Assembly: GCA_963745075.1 (NCBI GenBank)
Contig: CAVUWV010000027.1
Coordinates: forward strand, 184,969 to 248,968
Direction of reading: 5' to 3'
Length of the DNA stretch: 64,000 nt
DNA from: Candidatus Hydrogenedentota bacterium
GTDB taxonomy: Bacteria; Hydrogenedentota; Hydrogenedentia; Hydrogenedentales; SLHB01
The notes under the pieces were generated by a model. It was not told the origin of the DNA and made no database searches. It saw nothing but the letters and a program-made list of their open reading frames with translations. This document shows, piece by piece, positions 62,301 through 64,000 of the stretch (positions are counted from its first letter, which is position 1; every line of letters starts with the position of its first letter). The translations under genes and the position numbers were made by a program.

Positions 62301-64000
62301 CGGGATAGCTGCCCCGGGCCAGGCGGCCGGCCGGCACGTGGATGGTGAATTCGCCCGATTCCGTACTCTCTGAGGCGATACATCAAGGCCGGGTGCGGTC
62401 GCCGTTGCACTTGCAACGCGTGATGACCCACTTCTCCGGGCGTCGAGGTACGAGCTGAAGCGACGTTGCACCGCCTCGGGCACGATGCTGATCGGTCGAA
62501 CGCGAGAACCACGGGCCGTTGGGTTTCCGAAGAATCACGAGCGCCCAGTTCGTTTCCAGGTGCATGCGCCAGCGTCGCCATCGCGTTCGAGTCGCGAGCG
62601 GTGCCCACGTGAGCGTTCGATGTCGCAGAGCGCGGCGTCTGCCGCCTGCGAACCCAGCCCGGGTACGGTCACCGTATACGGCCAGGTGCGTGTCGGCGAT
62701 GGTCGGACCCGCGGCCGCATGAACGGGTCCTGGCTTGCGGGACGCGCCGCGACATGGCCCAGTACCCGTCGCCCACGAAGCAGCGCGTCACGATTTCCGG
62801 ATCGGAATCCGGGGATCATCCGTCACATCGCCCCAGACCAAGGCTTCGTGCGCGGGATACCGCGCGCACATCAGTCCCAGTCCGTAGGCCCGACAGCATC
62901 TTTGCCATCGCAGCCGCCCCAGGCGACCGGAGAGCGAATGCCCACAATGCACCGGTGACGTGAGCGTAAGGACAAACGGCCCCACGGCCACCGCATCATC
63001 TGAGGTCCGGCGTGCAGCGGCTCGTCAGTGCGCCGTCAAACCATTGGCCGTACCAATCCGCGGAACCCTCGGTCAGCGGCGGCACCTTCGGATTCTCCGC
63101 GATGGCCGACGCGCGCACCTTGGCCAAAAGCTGTTTAATCCATTCGTTGTACCAGAACGGATGCCTATGGTAGGCGCCGGGTTATAGCAAGGCAGATAGT
63201 CGAAACCCAACGAGTCGAGGCGAACCCCGTCCGCGCCGGTCTGCCGAAGCAAACGCCCCACCGATTCCGCCAAGTGGGTCCTCGTCCACGCACCCGGGCA
63301 CATGTGGTAAAACTCCTGCTTCGGCATAAGGACCGGTTTAGGTAGCGTGCTTTTTGCGTCACTGCCCAACGTTGCGCCTTCCCGGTCCAGGCGAAATGAC
63401 TTCCCTTGTTGACGATATACCCTTCTACGTAGAGCGTGGTGTGCAGTCCCAGGTGTGCGATCCGGCAATGTGCCCATCACGGCAACGCTTCGGGTGCTCC
63501 CCATGTCTTCGCGCACGATGTTGTCGCCGTCCGTGTGAATGCCGGGCACTGCAGCGGTGGCTGTCAACGCGAGTTGCCAGTTGTCGAGCGGCGATTGAAT
63601 ACGTGCGGCTGGAAGTTCGCGGAAACTTTCGAGGGCGTACTCGATACGTAGTCCGCTTCAAATGCTCACCTTTTCTTAAAATCGGCGGGCCGTCTCAGCC
63701 GTTGGACCGGCAAAACCGTGCCTGCAGTTCGACCTTGGGCTTGCCGCGTGGCTGCCAGGCACACTCCAAGCTGGCGCAGGCGGGCCGCCGAGGGACTGGT
63801 ATACGAAGACACGCGCAGGCGGAACTGCATATACATCTCCCGGCACCACCTTCACGGGAGGAAAGTGCTGTAGCGCGATACTCGGCTCGGCCAACGCCAG
63901 CCAGTGGGGTGGACCTGCGGGTCATTGAAGTTAAGCCCAACGCGTTGCGGGACTCGGGATGCCGTTGCGCACATGCCCACTGCATCCGAGAGTTGGTTGC
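59335..64000. other. Degraded reverse-complement copy of 54639-59334 (probable fold-back read artifact)
   Basis: Axis at GAGA|TCTC (59331-59338) with no spacer; the window end matches the reverse complement of 54639-54661; dense indels break every ORF. Confidence 0.9.

Noticed and set aside
59335..64000. ORFs in the right arm as real paralogues/pseudogenes, or a linear-replicon hairpin end
   Set aside because: The arm is a base-for-base mirror with random errors and an axis inside a gene, and no protelomerase is visible. An artifact explains it best.
1..64000. tRNA, rRNA, tmRNA or RNase P genes
   Set aside because: No recognisable signatures were seen by eye; a covariance-model scan was not possible.

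Overview
A GC-rich bacterial chromosomal segment. The gene repertoire suggests Candidatus Hydrogenedentes or a PVC-like lineage, but this is inference only. From left to right: a partial NAD-epimerase/DegT-aminotransferase fusion; an HTH-REC regulator, an HD alarmone-hydrolase-like gene, a sugar ABC ATPase and galK; two paralogous minor-pilin-like cassettes; leuC/leuD; a repeat lipoprotein behind a GGDEF-RHH fusion that has its own promoter and dyad operator; a mitochondrial-type aconitase; and an NrdR-boxed thyX-nrdJ operon with a ~370-nt structured leader. Next comes a decaying Rhs toxin locus (Tlde1/DUF2778-like toxin plus a putative immunity gene) flanked by RAYT-like fragments, with REP-like hairpins at its rearrangement junctions. 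It is followed by an esterase, a PbfA-like aminotransferase, a DUF4838-PA14 lipoprotein, an 8-gene MoxR/VWA operon, hcp, a uronate-isomerase-like gene, a glycoside-hydrolase-like gene, and an ECF sigma/anti-sigma/TPR unit. The last ~4.7 kb (59335-64000) is an error-riddled reverse complement of 54639-59334 and is most likely a long-read fold-back artifact. The best novelty candidates are the REP/RAYT-edited Rhs locus, the structured RNA upstream of thyX-nrdJ, the GGDEF-RHH regulator with its operator, and the structured leader of the second pilin cassette. All family assignments are motif recognition by eye; no searches were run.
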